A DNA stretch of 64,000 bases, taken from NCBI RefSeq assembly GCF_000002075.1, contig NW_004797385.1, positions 474,731-538,730 of the forward strand, read 5' to 3'. A program made the position numbers and the translations under genes. Positions 46,218 through 59,489 of the stretch are shown in pieces. Under the pieces are notes generated by a model that was not told the origin of the DNA, searched no databases, and saw nothing but the letters and a program-made list of their open reading frames with translations. The DNA comes from Aplysia californica. Its lineage: Eukaryota. Numbering within the stretch: the first letter of the stretch is position 1; the number at the start of each line of letters is the position of its first letter.

Positions 46218-49200
46218 ATGTACAGCCAACAAACTATAGTTTTAACACTGGCATTCGTATTGATATCTGGAGGAACACTCAAGACTGCTGACCATGGCAC
46301 CGGGAAAGCACCTCAACATATTCATATATCTTATGGGGGTATGTTGTGCTATGATTCTTTTCAATTTCAGTTATCTCTCCTGTAGCCGTAACATTATATT
46401 ATTTTGAATTTCTTCTCAAACTCTTAGAATACATACAGAAGGTGGCTCCACATTTTCATTTGTACTCAGCCAATTTTATCATCGAATTTTTTAGCACCAC
46501 AAGCGTTCCATATAACTTGACTGCTCCTATTCCTATTTTACCTATTTGTAGAAAATGTGTACTTTTCTGAGTAGAGATTAAAGCTTCATGCATTTTTATA
46601 TACCACAGTTTTGATAGTTAAGTTGAATTGCTGAGATATGGATTTTTTGTGTAAATCAAATGAGCAATGCTGTGTTCCTGCTGAACTAGCACACCATATA
46701 TTTATTTATATTATACAAAGTGGTAATTGCTGGGTCTGAAACCCTACTCATTTATCTGCCCAGTTATTTTGAAAAAATAAAAAAACGTTATTGTGGTCTT
46801 TTCCCATGATCTCCCATGTGTTCAAGTTGTCTTAAGTGCATTTTGTACATTTATTCATCTAATACTTGAACTTAGACATTTATCTTCAGCTGTCCATCAG
46901 TATTGATGATGACTAAAGCTAAAGCAGCATACGTGATACAATTTTGTCTGAGTGGTAGACATAGAGGAGGCAAATTGCCCAAGAAATTTCCCTCCCTTCA
47001 GATCTTGTTTTCTTACAAATACTTCGAAGGAAGACATGGTCAATATATGAATACGTTTGAAGTCAAGGAAGATGTATTATGTAGTGAAGGTTCTCTAGCT
47101 GTTTTACAGCCTGTGTGATAGGGATATTTTTTATGGTAGTAACATCGAAGTCTGCTTAATTTTTCGTGTGAGGCCGTGTAATGGCCTTCTGTGATTTTCA
47201 ATCACGACCTACTTTGGATCTTTAACATGCAGCACAACATGCACACAGACCGTGTGAGATTTTTGGTATTATAATGGTCTCTATCATGACTAGGTACTTG
47301 ACCTTATCTACCTTAAATTCATTGGTGAGGAGGAAGAAGAGGAAAAGAAGAGGAGGCTTAACATGGTTTGACCAATGGCAAAGAAAGAGATTTAAATTTT
47401 TTTGCTTTAAGTTTTTTTTCATATATTTAAAAGTATCATTCATCAAGTGTGAAGAAAATTAAAATCTGGAATTATTTTTAATTGATGGTAGGGCCTAATT
47501 ATCTTGAAATATGTATGTGTGCAATTAATTAATCTCCTGAAACCTGATGTGTTTTCACTTTCTTGTTTCAGATCTGCCTTCTCAGATGATAATTACATGG
47601 AGCACTCCTAACAAAACTGATTTGTCTTCAGTGCATTATGGGAGAGAATTGTTACATTTGGTCAATGTTGAAGAAGGATCTAGCCATATTTTTGTTGATG
47701 GTGGCACAGAGAAAAGGTCACAGTACATTCATCGAGTGGATCTTAAAGGTTTAACTGGAAACACCACGTACTGTGAGTCCACAATTTTGTGTTTTCATCT
47801 CGTTTTTAATTTTGCATTTTTTTCTCCAAATGGGCTTCTCTTGATCATTTGGTTGTGGAGTAACAATCCAGTTTTAACTAGAGAGGAGGAGATACAGTTA
47901 AACCTGCTCTTACGGCTACCTGATTTTATAAAACAATAATCTGCTCAAATGGCCACTTCCCATTTTCCCTTTTGCATTATTTTACCACTATAAGGGCACT
48001 GTGTAAAACGACCACCTGTCTAAGATGGCAATTTTTTTCTCCTCAACAAAGGGTGGCCGTCTTAGAAGATCTGTGCAATAAATCATGTTGTTCTTGGTAG
48101 TTGAGACCTCAGTGTACTAGTGCTACTCTAGGAATCAATGGATTATGTTGCTAAGGTTGGTTTTTTAAATTATCTGGTTACATTTCCTGGTCTCACCAGA
48201 AAAATATCTTACAAAATCCGTTACTCAAATATGATAGTCATATTCAATCAAATGTAGGCCCTACTTGTAAACGGTAAGGACCTTTTATTGTTAGAGAAAA
48301 GTAAGAAAGACAGATATTGGCAACAGAAAGAAAGAAAAGAAGAAGGATCTACCTCTGCCATTGCTACCCACCAACTTTGTCCACTTAAATCGAAATCTTT
48401 TCCTCAATAAGCCATGTATTTTAAAATAGAAATTTCTCAAACAGGGATAATGGTCGACAGCGTTGAGTAGAGAATTCCATACTTGAGATAATTTTACTTT
48501 GTGCAAGTTTTTTTCTCATCTACCTCTTTAAATAACTGCAACCAGCACATTGGCTGTACGTCTCTCTGGGTCGCATTCGATATACATGTGTCTTCGCTTC
48601 TCTTTCTTCTGTTTTGCTGTCTTGAAGCGTATAAGGCTTGATGATCTGTATTACCTGAGGGTTGCCAGTGAAGATTTGAACAACGCAACTCCAAGTTCTT
48701 TTTGGTTTAGAAGTAGGAACATTTTCACTAATTGATGGTTTTTCTGACAAAGAAAAAAGTAACGGTGATTCTGTTTTTATTCAGTTCACTGCTGTTTTCA
48801 AATTAACTGTTCAGTTTAAGTGGACTCTACTGTATAATTAACTGACCCATACTGCGAATGGTATGATAAATTGTCTTGAATCTTTCAAAATCTCGTTTTC
48901 TTTATTCTGATGTTCAAAGCCATTACCTTACTGTTTATGCTCCTGAAAAAATATTTTATTTATTCTCGTGTCGTAACATGAAGGTTATTTCAATATTTGG
49001 TCTTTCATCTTTCTCCCAACACTATAGACTATAAAGTAAGAAGTGAGGAATCTGAGTCAGGTGCGTTCTACTTCAGGACGATGCCTGAAGGACAGGACTG
49101 GAGTCCCCGACTTGCCGTCTTTGGCGACATGGGGGCCACCAATGCCCAGTCTTTGCCAAGGCTAGAACTTGATGCTGCCAAGGGCATGTATGATGCTGTT

Positions 49201-52200
49201 ATTCATGTTGGTGAGATATAATCTTTAACCTGTTATATGAAACTGTAAGAAACTTTTAAAGTCTTTCTTTGATGAGACAAGAAAGAACAGCTCTACAATT
49301 TTCCTTTCATAATGTGACTATTATTATTCGTCATATCTTATTTATGACAAAAGCATAATTAAAAACTACTTCGAAATTGATGGATTAGTGAAGAAAGGGC
49401 AGTCGTTACATTGTTGGGATTACAAAGGATCAAATGGACAACTTATGTACTTTTTGCTTTCTCCAAGATGAACATGTGCTAACGTTTATGTACAGACAGC
49501 AAAACAATACCTTTGAAAGTTTGTAACATAATTTGTATTTACAGTTCATACCTGTCTCTGTGTACATTTAAATGATTAATCAGTCTTTTTCCCAACTACT
49601 TCTGTTTGTTTTATCCTAAAACTTTTTCATATTAGTCGTGGACTTCTCTTGGCTAACAATGACACTTAATGTTTTAACTTTATTTTCCCCCACAGGTGAT
49701 TTTGCTTATGACTTGTCCAAGGTGAGACATGGCATTTGTCTGTTGGTTTAAAAATGGATGGTTTTATCACTTTGGTAGCTGTGGAATCTTTGTTTTATAT
49801 CCTTACTCTGGTTTTATATAACCCATATCATATTCCCAGCTGTTGAAACTTGTTTGCTTGAGGATCACAGAAATTGTATTGTTGCTGTGAGAAGAAAAAT
49901 TACTAGCTTTTTTTTAACCTGCTTTACAGAGGGAGACTATCATTGGAGTCACTCTTTTTTTTTTCTTGCAACTATGACTTATTTGCCATGTAATATGCTT
50001 GAACAAGTACGGTGGATATATGACCTAATTGTGTTGCAAGTGTCATAAAACTCTTACTAAAACTAAACTAAACAAAGAGTACTGTGACACGGATGGACTT
50101 TTTGCCAGAATTTTTATTTTAAACTTAGATTGAGTGTTGCCTCTTAAAAGACTAGATTTGTACTGAATATGCAGTGTACTATGTGCTGGAAACTTGTCTT
50201 CCAAATAAAATCAGGCCATGATTATTTTCTCCACAGGATAATGGCAAAATTGGGGACCAGTTTATGCAGGAAATTCAATCCCTGGCTGCGTCAGTGCCTT
50301 ACATGACCTGCGTGGGAAACCACGAGAATTCCTAGTAAGTCTGTATAGTATATGTCAACTACTGTTGAACATTGTCAAGAACAAAGAATTTTCTGGGCTC
50401 TGTTTTTTCCAATGCTTTTCTTTTCCCTTTGGTAGCTTGAAAATATTTTACGTTTTTACCTCATTGTGTGTGCTTGATTGTAAGTTGCTGACACTGTAAT
50501 GAGGTTCAATGTATATTTGTGTTAGTACATAATGCAGTAGAAGTTATTGAGTGAGGCAGAACCGTAATTAAATAGCAATGCCAATCGGGCTTCCGCACGC
50601 TGCAAAATTTTGGTTCCCGTTTGCGGGTGAATTTTTGGACCGGGTCGGAACGTAAGTGACCAGCTTTCTCAAACTCGATCTGCTCTATTTCTGTACCAGT
50701 GTGAGTGAAACTTGGCAACCAATCAAAGAATAGGGCAAACTAATGATATATGGACGTTGAAGTTTGTACACATAAATTAACCTATACTTTTGGTGTTAGA
50801 AACACTTTCGTATTGGGTATACCGAAAACTATAAGGAGCTTGATTTTCAACATCAAGAAGGTAAGAGATCTATCTTTCCTCAAGATTGTCCTCAAATTTG
50901 AATGTTCTGTGTTAAATAGTTGTTTAGAACCTATCATAAATGTACTATTACCCCCCTTTCCGAAGCAGCTTCGCTCAGAGACCGGCCATTTTTCCCCCAC
51001 TCCCTCAGCAAATGTATGTGACCTATTCCCCACATGACTATTCCAAGCCCATTCTTTGTCACTTGAAATGGCAATGCTGGGCGTGCACATCCGGTTGTTT
51101 TTCTCTCTGTTCCCCTATAATGTCGCAATGGGGGTATTCCAAGGCGAGCTTATCTCACCTCCGGGTGTTAGCCTCTCAATGGGAAAAAAGGGTTTTTAAT
51201 TTTACGGCATGCTAGATTGGATTTAATTATATTTTATGGTTGACATGGTCTAAAGTCATCAAAGAAAGCTTTGCCATTGTTTAGTCATGCTGCCAACATA
51301 TTCTTAACCCTCGTAGCACTTACCGGAAGCGCTGAGCGTGCTCTGTGCCGGGCCCACTTAGCCTTGACCGTTGGTGACCTGCCCCGGAGCGCTGGCCGGG
51401 TCGTTTGAGGCCCACGCGAGGAATGTTATTGTTTCATTTTGTATCTTGACAGTATGCATGCATACATTCTCCAAAACCCTAGACAATTTATAAATTCAGA
51501 AAAGACTTCACTTTCCAGAGGTTTGGTGTTCAAAATAATAAAGGGAAAGCTGTTAATGAAACCAATCATTCATCCACTGTTCAGCGCTACAGGGTAATTG
51601 ACCTAAATAAACATTATAGAGTCTATCCCTAACAGAACCCACGAAGGCACGCAGTGCCTTGACCCCTGGGTTATTTTTTCCTTGATTTTGATTGGTTTAA
51701 CCATTCTAGAGTAAAATTTTCCATTACAGAACCAATAATAGCAGCTTAACAGAACCCACGAAGGCACGCAGTGCCTTGACCCCTGGGTTATTTTTTCCTT
51801 GATTTTGATTGGTTTAACCATTCTAGAGTAAAATTTTCCATTACAGAACCAATAATAGCAGCTAAAGGTAACGCTATTTGCTCCAAAAATAAGGTGTTCC
51901 CCTAAATCGACAATAGTCGCCTTGCGCGCTTGGGAGCTGGTCCGCCCGTTGGCGATTATAGTCGCCTCGCGTGCTCAGCGGAGTGAGAGAGGGGAGGCGA
52001 ATTTTGTCGCCTGGAGCGCTACAAGGGAAAGATCCCATATTGTGATACAATGCTATAAATAAAATGTTCTCATCCCAACAACCCTTTCAGGCAAAATCGT
52101 AATATGTAATTTTGATTATAACAAAATAACTATGAAATGGTTAGTAAATCTGACTTTTGAAATTATTTCTCCACCCAAAAACTCATTGGGTAGCCAAGTT

Positions 52201-54538
52201 TCTTTCTAACACTCGAATTAATTACTGAGATGGCTTTGATTTTCTTTCATGAATCTGCTATTGCGTGGTCCTCTTTTAGGAGTATCTTTTATATATTTGG
52301 CAACTTGGAAACAGATGTGTCACTTTTCCCATAAAACTATGACAGCTACAGAGTTGAAAGTTGGCAAGTACCTGCAAAAAGATAGATAGGTCCCTGTGAC
52401 GGAGCCCGATTTTTTATTTATTCATTTCCTGAATTTAGAAAAATATATTTGACAAAAAGTTGCCGTCGTTTTTTGGCCTTTGTGATTATTCCACTGAGAA
52501 ACAAAACAAAGCTGCGTAGCTGTCCTTTACAGTGGAAGTGCGGGAAATGATATTTCACGAGGCGCATTTTGTTTTGAGAGTAAAGATTTAGACCTTCTAA
52601 TTTTTTGCATGTCTCAAGATTTATTGCTCCATTCCAGTGGAGTGTAAATATAGTAGACCAATGACTTTCAGTTCATGTTAATGATCATTCCTTTCATCGA
52701 AAGGGGGCCCAGCTTGTTTTCCTTTTTGTGGGTCATCCATATTTTGCCGACCTTTACAACCCCATAACTTTTTTAATTTATAAACCGATTCTTTATATTC
52801 AGAAAACATAATTCTTAAAATTAAAAACTCTTTCTTAGGTATCTAATAAAAAAGGGCTAAAGTGAAAAATTAAATTTTCAGTGGCATTGCTAAATTAAAA
52901 TCTATTTATTATGCTGTCCTAAGGACTAAGGTAATTTGGATAACACATGTTTTAATGCTTCACCCTTATTGTGTGTATGAGACAGAGCATGAAAAAGTTC
53001 TTCAGTAAATTATCAGTGAACTGTGTTATTTTGAATATATCCTTAGACATGATAGCCCAACATTAATAGCTTCTGTTTCCATATTGAAATGTATAGTGTG
53101 CAACAAGTAGAAGAGATGAGACCCCTCAGTTGACGTACAGTTCATTTGGATACAATTCTGTTAACTTGTAAATAAGAAGAAAGGCTGGTGGGTGGTTGGA
53201 GGATGCCACTTTTTCTCTTTGCTGTTTCTGTCTATCTGCCTGTCTTACTCTTTCCCCTACACTGAGTATCTATTGTTGTGTTGACATGCTTCTCTTAACT
53301 CACACGGACAAATAAAAGAACTAGAAGGGGACATGTTCTTTGTTCGTAGTGTAAGACTAATAAGATTCTTTTTTTAGGGGTGAGGGTCGGGATTAGCATG
53401 TAACTTACCTGTGTAGTCTGTTGGTTGTTCCTGAGATGTCAGTTTTCATAAAGTTGCAACTTTTAAATTCTTCTCTTTTTGTTTTCCTCAGTAATTTTTC
53501 AAACTACAGAGCCAGATTCAATATGCCCAATGATAATGGGAAGATGTATTACAGGTATGTATTTTGAGTGTCTCAATTATTTGTTAGTCTATTTAGGGTT
53601 TTTTAAAGTGAATTATGAAATTTCACAAGGTAGAGACAAATATATGAAGTTACTATCTTTCAGATCTTCAATAATAATTGCTTTTCCCCTTTTAATACCA
53701 ACAACTCTATGTTTGTTTTTGTTGCTGTTGCTATGCATATGAACATGTATATATTGTTGATTTTGTGTGGGGGATATCAATTATAGGGGGTGGACATAAT
53801 TTTTCTTCTTTCACTTAGTTATTGTCCTCATATCTACTACAAACTTTAATTATTGGTATTCCAAGAAGTCTACTGCATTATAATGTTAATGTACTCAATG
53901 CTAGATATATATTATTATACTGAGAATTAGTTATAGACTGAAAAAAGGACAAAAATGGACACAAAAGATAACCATAGTTAGAAACATCTACAAGGGCATT
54001 AATTTATCAATAATTTTAATTGAATCGGGGAAAAAGCTGGACCTGACTATAAGTCAATTTAAAACAAAGGTACCTGTTGTTGTTTATATTATATGCCTTT
54101 CGTTCAAGTATGAATCTGGTAATACAGTANNNNNNNNNNNNNNNNNNNNNNNNNNNNNNNNNNNNNNNNNNNNNNNNNNNNNNNNNNNNNNNNNNNNNNN
54201 NNNNNNNNNNNNNNNNNNNNNNNNNNNNNNNNNNNNNNNNNNNNNNNNNNNNNNNNNNNNNNNNNNNNNNNNNNNNNNNNNNNNNNNNNNNNNNNNNNNN
54301 NNNNNNNNNNNNNNNNNNNNNNNNNNNNNNNNNNNNNNNNNNNNNNNNNNNNNNNNNNNNNNNNNNNNNNNNNNNNNNNNNNNNNNNNNNNNNNNNNNNN
54401 NNNNNNNNNNNNNNNNNNNNNNNNNNNNNNNNNNNNNNNNNNNNNNNNNNNNNNNNNNNNNNNNNNNNNNNNNNNNNNNNNNNNNNNNNNNAGGAATTAA
54501 TTAGCATGGTGAGCTACAGCTACACACAAACACACACA

Positions 54539-54598
<60 letters not shown>

Positions 54599-57500
54599 TG
54601 CACACACAAACAAACACTTATACAGGAATGAATTAGCATGGTGAGCTACAGCTACACACACTGGGCGGACAGTTACCTCAACTAGCGAGACATGACCCTT
54701 CAAGTTTGCTGACTGTGATTCTCAGGTGTAATGCATGATATTCTAGACTGCACTGGCTGGGGCCTTTTATATTGTGGTTTGTAGATTGGAGTGTCCTGGA
54801 GAATTAATGCTCACTTTTAACTATTTTATGTCCAAAATACTGGAGCATACTCAGAGAATGTGTTGAGCTATAAGAGAGAAAGAGTATCTGTTCATGCATG
54901 GGCCTTTCTTTTGGGTTTCTCCTTTTGACAATGCTTTAGCATTGTAAATGATAAGCCTTTTTTGCTCTGCTTTAAAATAACAGTTGAGGCTAAGACTTTC
55001 TCTTTGCCTGCTTGCATTTTACTTTTAATAGTTTATATTACCATATGGCTCTCACCAAGTTAAACCATGCCCTGTTTTATGTTTATGTGCTTTGCAGTTT
55101 CAACATGGGTCCTGTCCATTTTGTGTCCATATCAACGGAATTCTTGTACTTCCCGGACTATGGATTCACACAGATCTATGAGCAGTATGACTGGCTCAAG
55201 AAAGACTTAATGGTAAGCTCACCTGGTCTCACCAAACAAATTCCTATTTAAATTTTTCATTGGGACTCATAATAATGAAATGTTCAGTTTGTTGCTGTGC
55301 TTTGATTAAATGTCAAGGCTTTGTTTTCTGTACAAATGTAAAATCAGCTTGTGTTCAAGAGTATTAGCATTAAAATGATTTTATAGTAGTGTTGGTAGTC
55401 TACTGGTAATAGGCTTACATACGAAGGAAAGAGTCCAGGAACCCAGAGGAGGGGTAAAGGGGGAGGGAAGGTGCAGAAAGTGGAGACGAAAGCAGAGAGC
55501 AGGTAAGGGCTTGACGTTGTGTATTTGTTAAAGGCTTTGTACACAAATTTTTATCACTTCACCAAGGTAGGAATGAGAAACCAACTACAGTCACAGAAAG
55601 ATCTTGCTCATAATACTCATATGTTGGGGTTGAAGCATTTTTACAATGGCAGCTTTACTGCTTCTTAAGAAGCTGAGAATTTTTCAGTTTTACAGGGTCT
55701 GCCAGGGTAATAATGCAATATAAAGTGCTTAAAGTCTATTTACAAGAGAGTAGGGATGTGAGCAGTGTAAATGCAGTATATTATCATTATGACTCAAAGA
55801 TCTTGTGTGTCATATTTATCCTATATAATATTTAGTTTCTACCATCTGATTTTATAATAAATGCCTTGACATTAACACTCCATCATAATTATATTCCCAG
55901 GCTTTTAAAACCATATGTCCTATTCTGTCAGCTTATTTATTCTCTGTAAATAAAATCTTTTATTGTTATAATTTTTAGTGTACTGAAATTCAAAATTCTG
56001 TGAAAGAGTTCAACTAAACATTGTTTGATATGTTTTCACAGAGACTTGTTCAGCAGAAAGGTCATATTTAGTATTGTGACTTTAACCTGTGGATGTGTTG
56101 AAGGCAGTCATTGTGGTTCTCTCCTGTCCTCTGTGGACTGTCAGAGTACAGTTACTCACATATAGCAGGTGCCTTGAAACAAGAATGTCTTAAATGTTTT
56201 AAATTCCTCCCATATTTTTCCTTTTTTTATATCCACTGCACTACTCAGTACATGTCCTTCCAGATATTATTTGTCTGTAGGATCGCTATGAATACAGTGG
56301 CGTCAGCTTAAATTGAACACAGTAGATTTAAAAAATAGCTGTCCGTAAACGAAAAGAAATAAAAATCTGCAATTTTTTTTTCTTCTATTTGGACTGCCTC
56401 TCTATACCAACTGAAGAAAATCTTGCGGTCCCACAGATTTCAGTTTAAGTGGACCTCACTGTATTTGTTTGCTTTCAATTAATTTCTTTTTGTTGTCTCT
56501 CTCAGGAGGCCAATCAGCCTGAGAACAGGAGCAAGCGACCATGGATTGTTACCTTTGGCCATCGACCAATGTACTGTTCCAACAACGACAATGATGACTG
56601 CACCAGCAATGAAAGTCTGGTGAGAATTGTTTGATGGAGGTTATCAAATTAGAGTGAATAAAAAAGAGGACTGTCTGAATGTTATATTCGAATGGAACGA
56701 AGACTGGTAGCCAAGTGTTTTCTGGTGTCCCAACTGTCCACAGGAATCGACATATGTGGAAGTGCAGTTTGAAACTGTAATGGTTTTCTAAATGACAAGT
56801 GCCTTTTACTAATTAACTACCGGTACCTTTAAGTATAACTTTAATGTGTGACTTTATGTTGTGAAAGGCCTTTTTTGATATTTTTCTTGACACCAATGCT
56901 TTCTATTTCTGTCGTCTTTTTTTATTTGAATTGAGTTAATTCAAATGTCCATAGTACTTTTTTCTTTAACCCTATGGCCTTCTAGAATTTAAATGTGTTC
57001 TTCAGCATATTGCAATGTCGATCTAGCGGTGGACCCAGAGGAACTTAAGGTTAATGTCAAAACCAGATATTTTTTCCCATCAATTCTTCATCTGTGTTTG
57101 TCTCTTGATTGGTAAACATTCCAAGTGACATACTCTATCTGTTAGTAGCTACTAAAAACAGACTAAATGACAGCTAACAAACACTCTCCCAGCACACATT
57201 TCTTACTTGTACAGTTATAACTTCCACCTTTCATCAGCAAAATGCATTTTTGAAATTTTGTTAACAACTTAAAATTGTGCGTGCGTGTGTGTGTGGGTGT
57301 GTGTGTATACTGTATGTGTATGTGTTTCAGGAGAGGGGCAAAGAAATTGAATAATTTGAATTACCTTAAATGCTTACATCAGTAACCCCTCCCCCACCCC
57401 CCTTATGGGAATATTACTCCGAATGTCTTTCCTTAGCACAAACTAAGTAGATGTAGGAGATGCTGAAAAATGTGTCAATCTGTGTCATCAGGTGCGTGTA

Positions 57501-59489
57501 GGAGTTCCCCTGCTAAGGATTCTCAGCCTGGAAGATCTCTACTATCAACAAGGTGTGGATTTGTCCATCTGGGCCCACGAACACTCCTACGAGAGATTGT
57601 GGCCTGTGTACAACCTAAAGGTAAGATAATAATGGATAAGATATATGGAAAAAATATGTTTTGCATTATCTTTTTTTATTATTAAGTGTAGTTAGTCTGT
57701 GTGATTGCCTTTGGTATGATAGCAGCATTCTCAGCGTAATTTTGGAAGTTCAGATTTTGTTTTGATTGGATTGATTTAAGAAAATTTAATAGTTACAGCT
57801 ACGTTTAGGAACATGTTTCAGCCTGTTCAATCCAAGTGAAAGATTGTTGTTGGTTTATGGGTGCCCTGTTGTGGTTTGGTTCTTCTTTAGTATCAAGCAT
57901 CTATTATTATCTCTCCTCATAATTTTGTGTTTGTTACTCTCTTGTATTCTCTAATTACTCTTTTAATTTTTCAATTTGGGCACTCAGACATTGGCACACT
58001 TTTATTTTCCTTCAACATATTTTCCTCAATGTTTTTCACTCTCTGCACCAAACTTCCAAATAAAAGGAACAACTTTGGTTATCTGGGTGTCCAGATTGAA
58101 AACCTAATAGCATAAGTCATTCCAATATCAAGAGTATTATGATTGTCATCAGATTTTGAGGAATCATTATCTTCAATGTTTACATGAGAAAGAAACAGCT
58201 GTGTGCCTTTTTTCACCTATACTTACTTCCCATTACTTGATGAGGCAGAGATGACATAGTCAGCTGTTCTTTTGTTTACATCCTAAAAGCTTTGAAAGAC
58301 GAAACAAAATATTCAAAAACATGCTCTGCACTTTTTTAAATGCACTCATTTTAGAGTACCCATAATTCTGTTTCGTTTTCTAACTTCCTATAAAAAGCTG
58401 GACTGGATAATATTTATGTCTCTATGCTGTCCTCCTTTCCTCCCAGATATTTGGCTCTTTCTGGGACTGAAAATTGAAGGTTTTTGTTTGAGAAATTGTG
58501 AATCGAGAAAGAAATTTTGGAGTTTCTACCTTCATAATCGTGTGATACCACTTATTCCAAAGTGCCTATGATGTGAACTTTTCAGGTCAGAAACGGGAGC
58601 TATGAGTCTCCCTACACAAACCCTGGAGGAATCACACACATCATCACAGGGTCTGCTGTAAGTGAACTTGGTTCTTTTTTTCGCCTAAAAGACAATTTTT
58701 CAAATTGAAAACTAGCGATGTTTTATAAGCTGAAACAGAGCCTTTTTATTCACACTGAGAACACAGATCATGCTTTGTGTTGTTGATCGAAAGTTATTGA
58801 GATAAAAGAGGTTTGTGCTTTTTTTGTGGTACCTTGTTTATTCTTGAAATCTAGGAAAGAGTCTATTACTGCCTTGCTATTCTATGCTTTATGTAATCTG
58901 TAATGGATATTACGAAGAACTGAGGTTACTTGTCTTATGACATTCTAGGAATAGATACGTTCTTTATTTTTTCACCAGGGATGCAGTGAGCGCCATGAGT
59001 ATTTCCAGAAGAATCCTCCACCTTGGTCAGCCTACCACTCCAGCGACTATGGCTACACCCGCATGACGTTTGCCAATAAAACACACCTGTATGTGGAGCA
59101 GGTGTCAGATGACAAGGTAGACTTTGCTAGCTTTGCGGAGACAAAGTTTTTGCTTCGATTGTCTAAAAGTTTCTTATAAGTTTCTCTGTACAAGGAAAAC
59201 TTTATATATTCAAGGTAACCTATCTTGTGAAAAAAGTTTGAAACCTTTCCAATTTTTTAAAAGTCTGACAAGGTGATGCTGATAGCTGAAAGAAAGTTGC
59301 TTTCAAGGTGACTTTCCATACCTTTATAATGTTTGATCTTTACGTTACTAACTTTGTTTATTACCTTATTATAACATCTCCAGTATTAATGTTTTTATGA
59401 TTTTGTTTCAGAATGGCGAGATCATTGACAGCTTCACCCTTATCAAAGAACAGCATGGACCATACGGTGATCTGAACAACAGAGTATAG
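46218..59489 (+). CDS. ACP7: Purple acid phosphatase / acid phosphatase type 7 (PAPL), secreted metallophosphoesterase (445 aa, 12 coding exons)
   Basis: Exons 46218-46338, 47572-47772, 49028-49210, 49696-49721, 50237-50334, 53492-53554, 55098-55212, 56506-56619, 57492-57620, 58586-58657, 58979-59116, 59412-59489 (TAG). Total 1338 nt, all GT-AG and in phase. Hydrophobic signal-like N-terminus; FN3-like PQHIHISY..MIITWST; all five PAP metal-ligand motifs: GDMG, GDFAY, GNHE, TFGHRPMY, WAHEHSYER. Confidence 0.95.
51308..52027. mobile_element. piggyBac-like MITE carrying an internal exact 117-bp tandem duplication
   Basis: TTAA|ccctcgtagcact ... agcgctacaaggg (right TTAA not intact); duplication 51630-51746 and 51747-51863. 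Confidence 0.65.
52290..52714 (-). mobile_element. Dispersed repeat, homolog of 15477-15910
   Basis: Reverse-complement match over about 430 bp. Confidence 0.8.
54492..54660 (+). repeat. Tandem unit (aattagcatggtgagctacagctacacaca) enclosing a (CA)n microsatellite, next to a gap
   Basis: The unit is seen at about 54499 and 54631; further copies may lie in the adjacent gap 54130-54491. Confidence 0.8.
55615..55790 (+). mobile_element. SINE family B 3' half, degraded
   Basis: aagctgagaat..ggtctgccagggtaataat..taaagtgc..aaatgcagtatattatcattat. Confidence 0.6.
56295..56461. mobile_element. Small Tc1/mariner-type MITE, TA TSD
   Basis: TA|cagtggcgtcagcttaaattg ... cagtttaagtggacctcactg|TA; a related right end lies at about 48811-48834. 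Confidence 0.65.
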
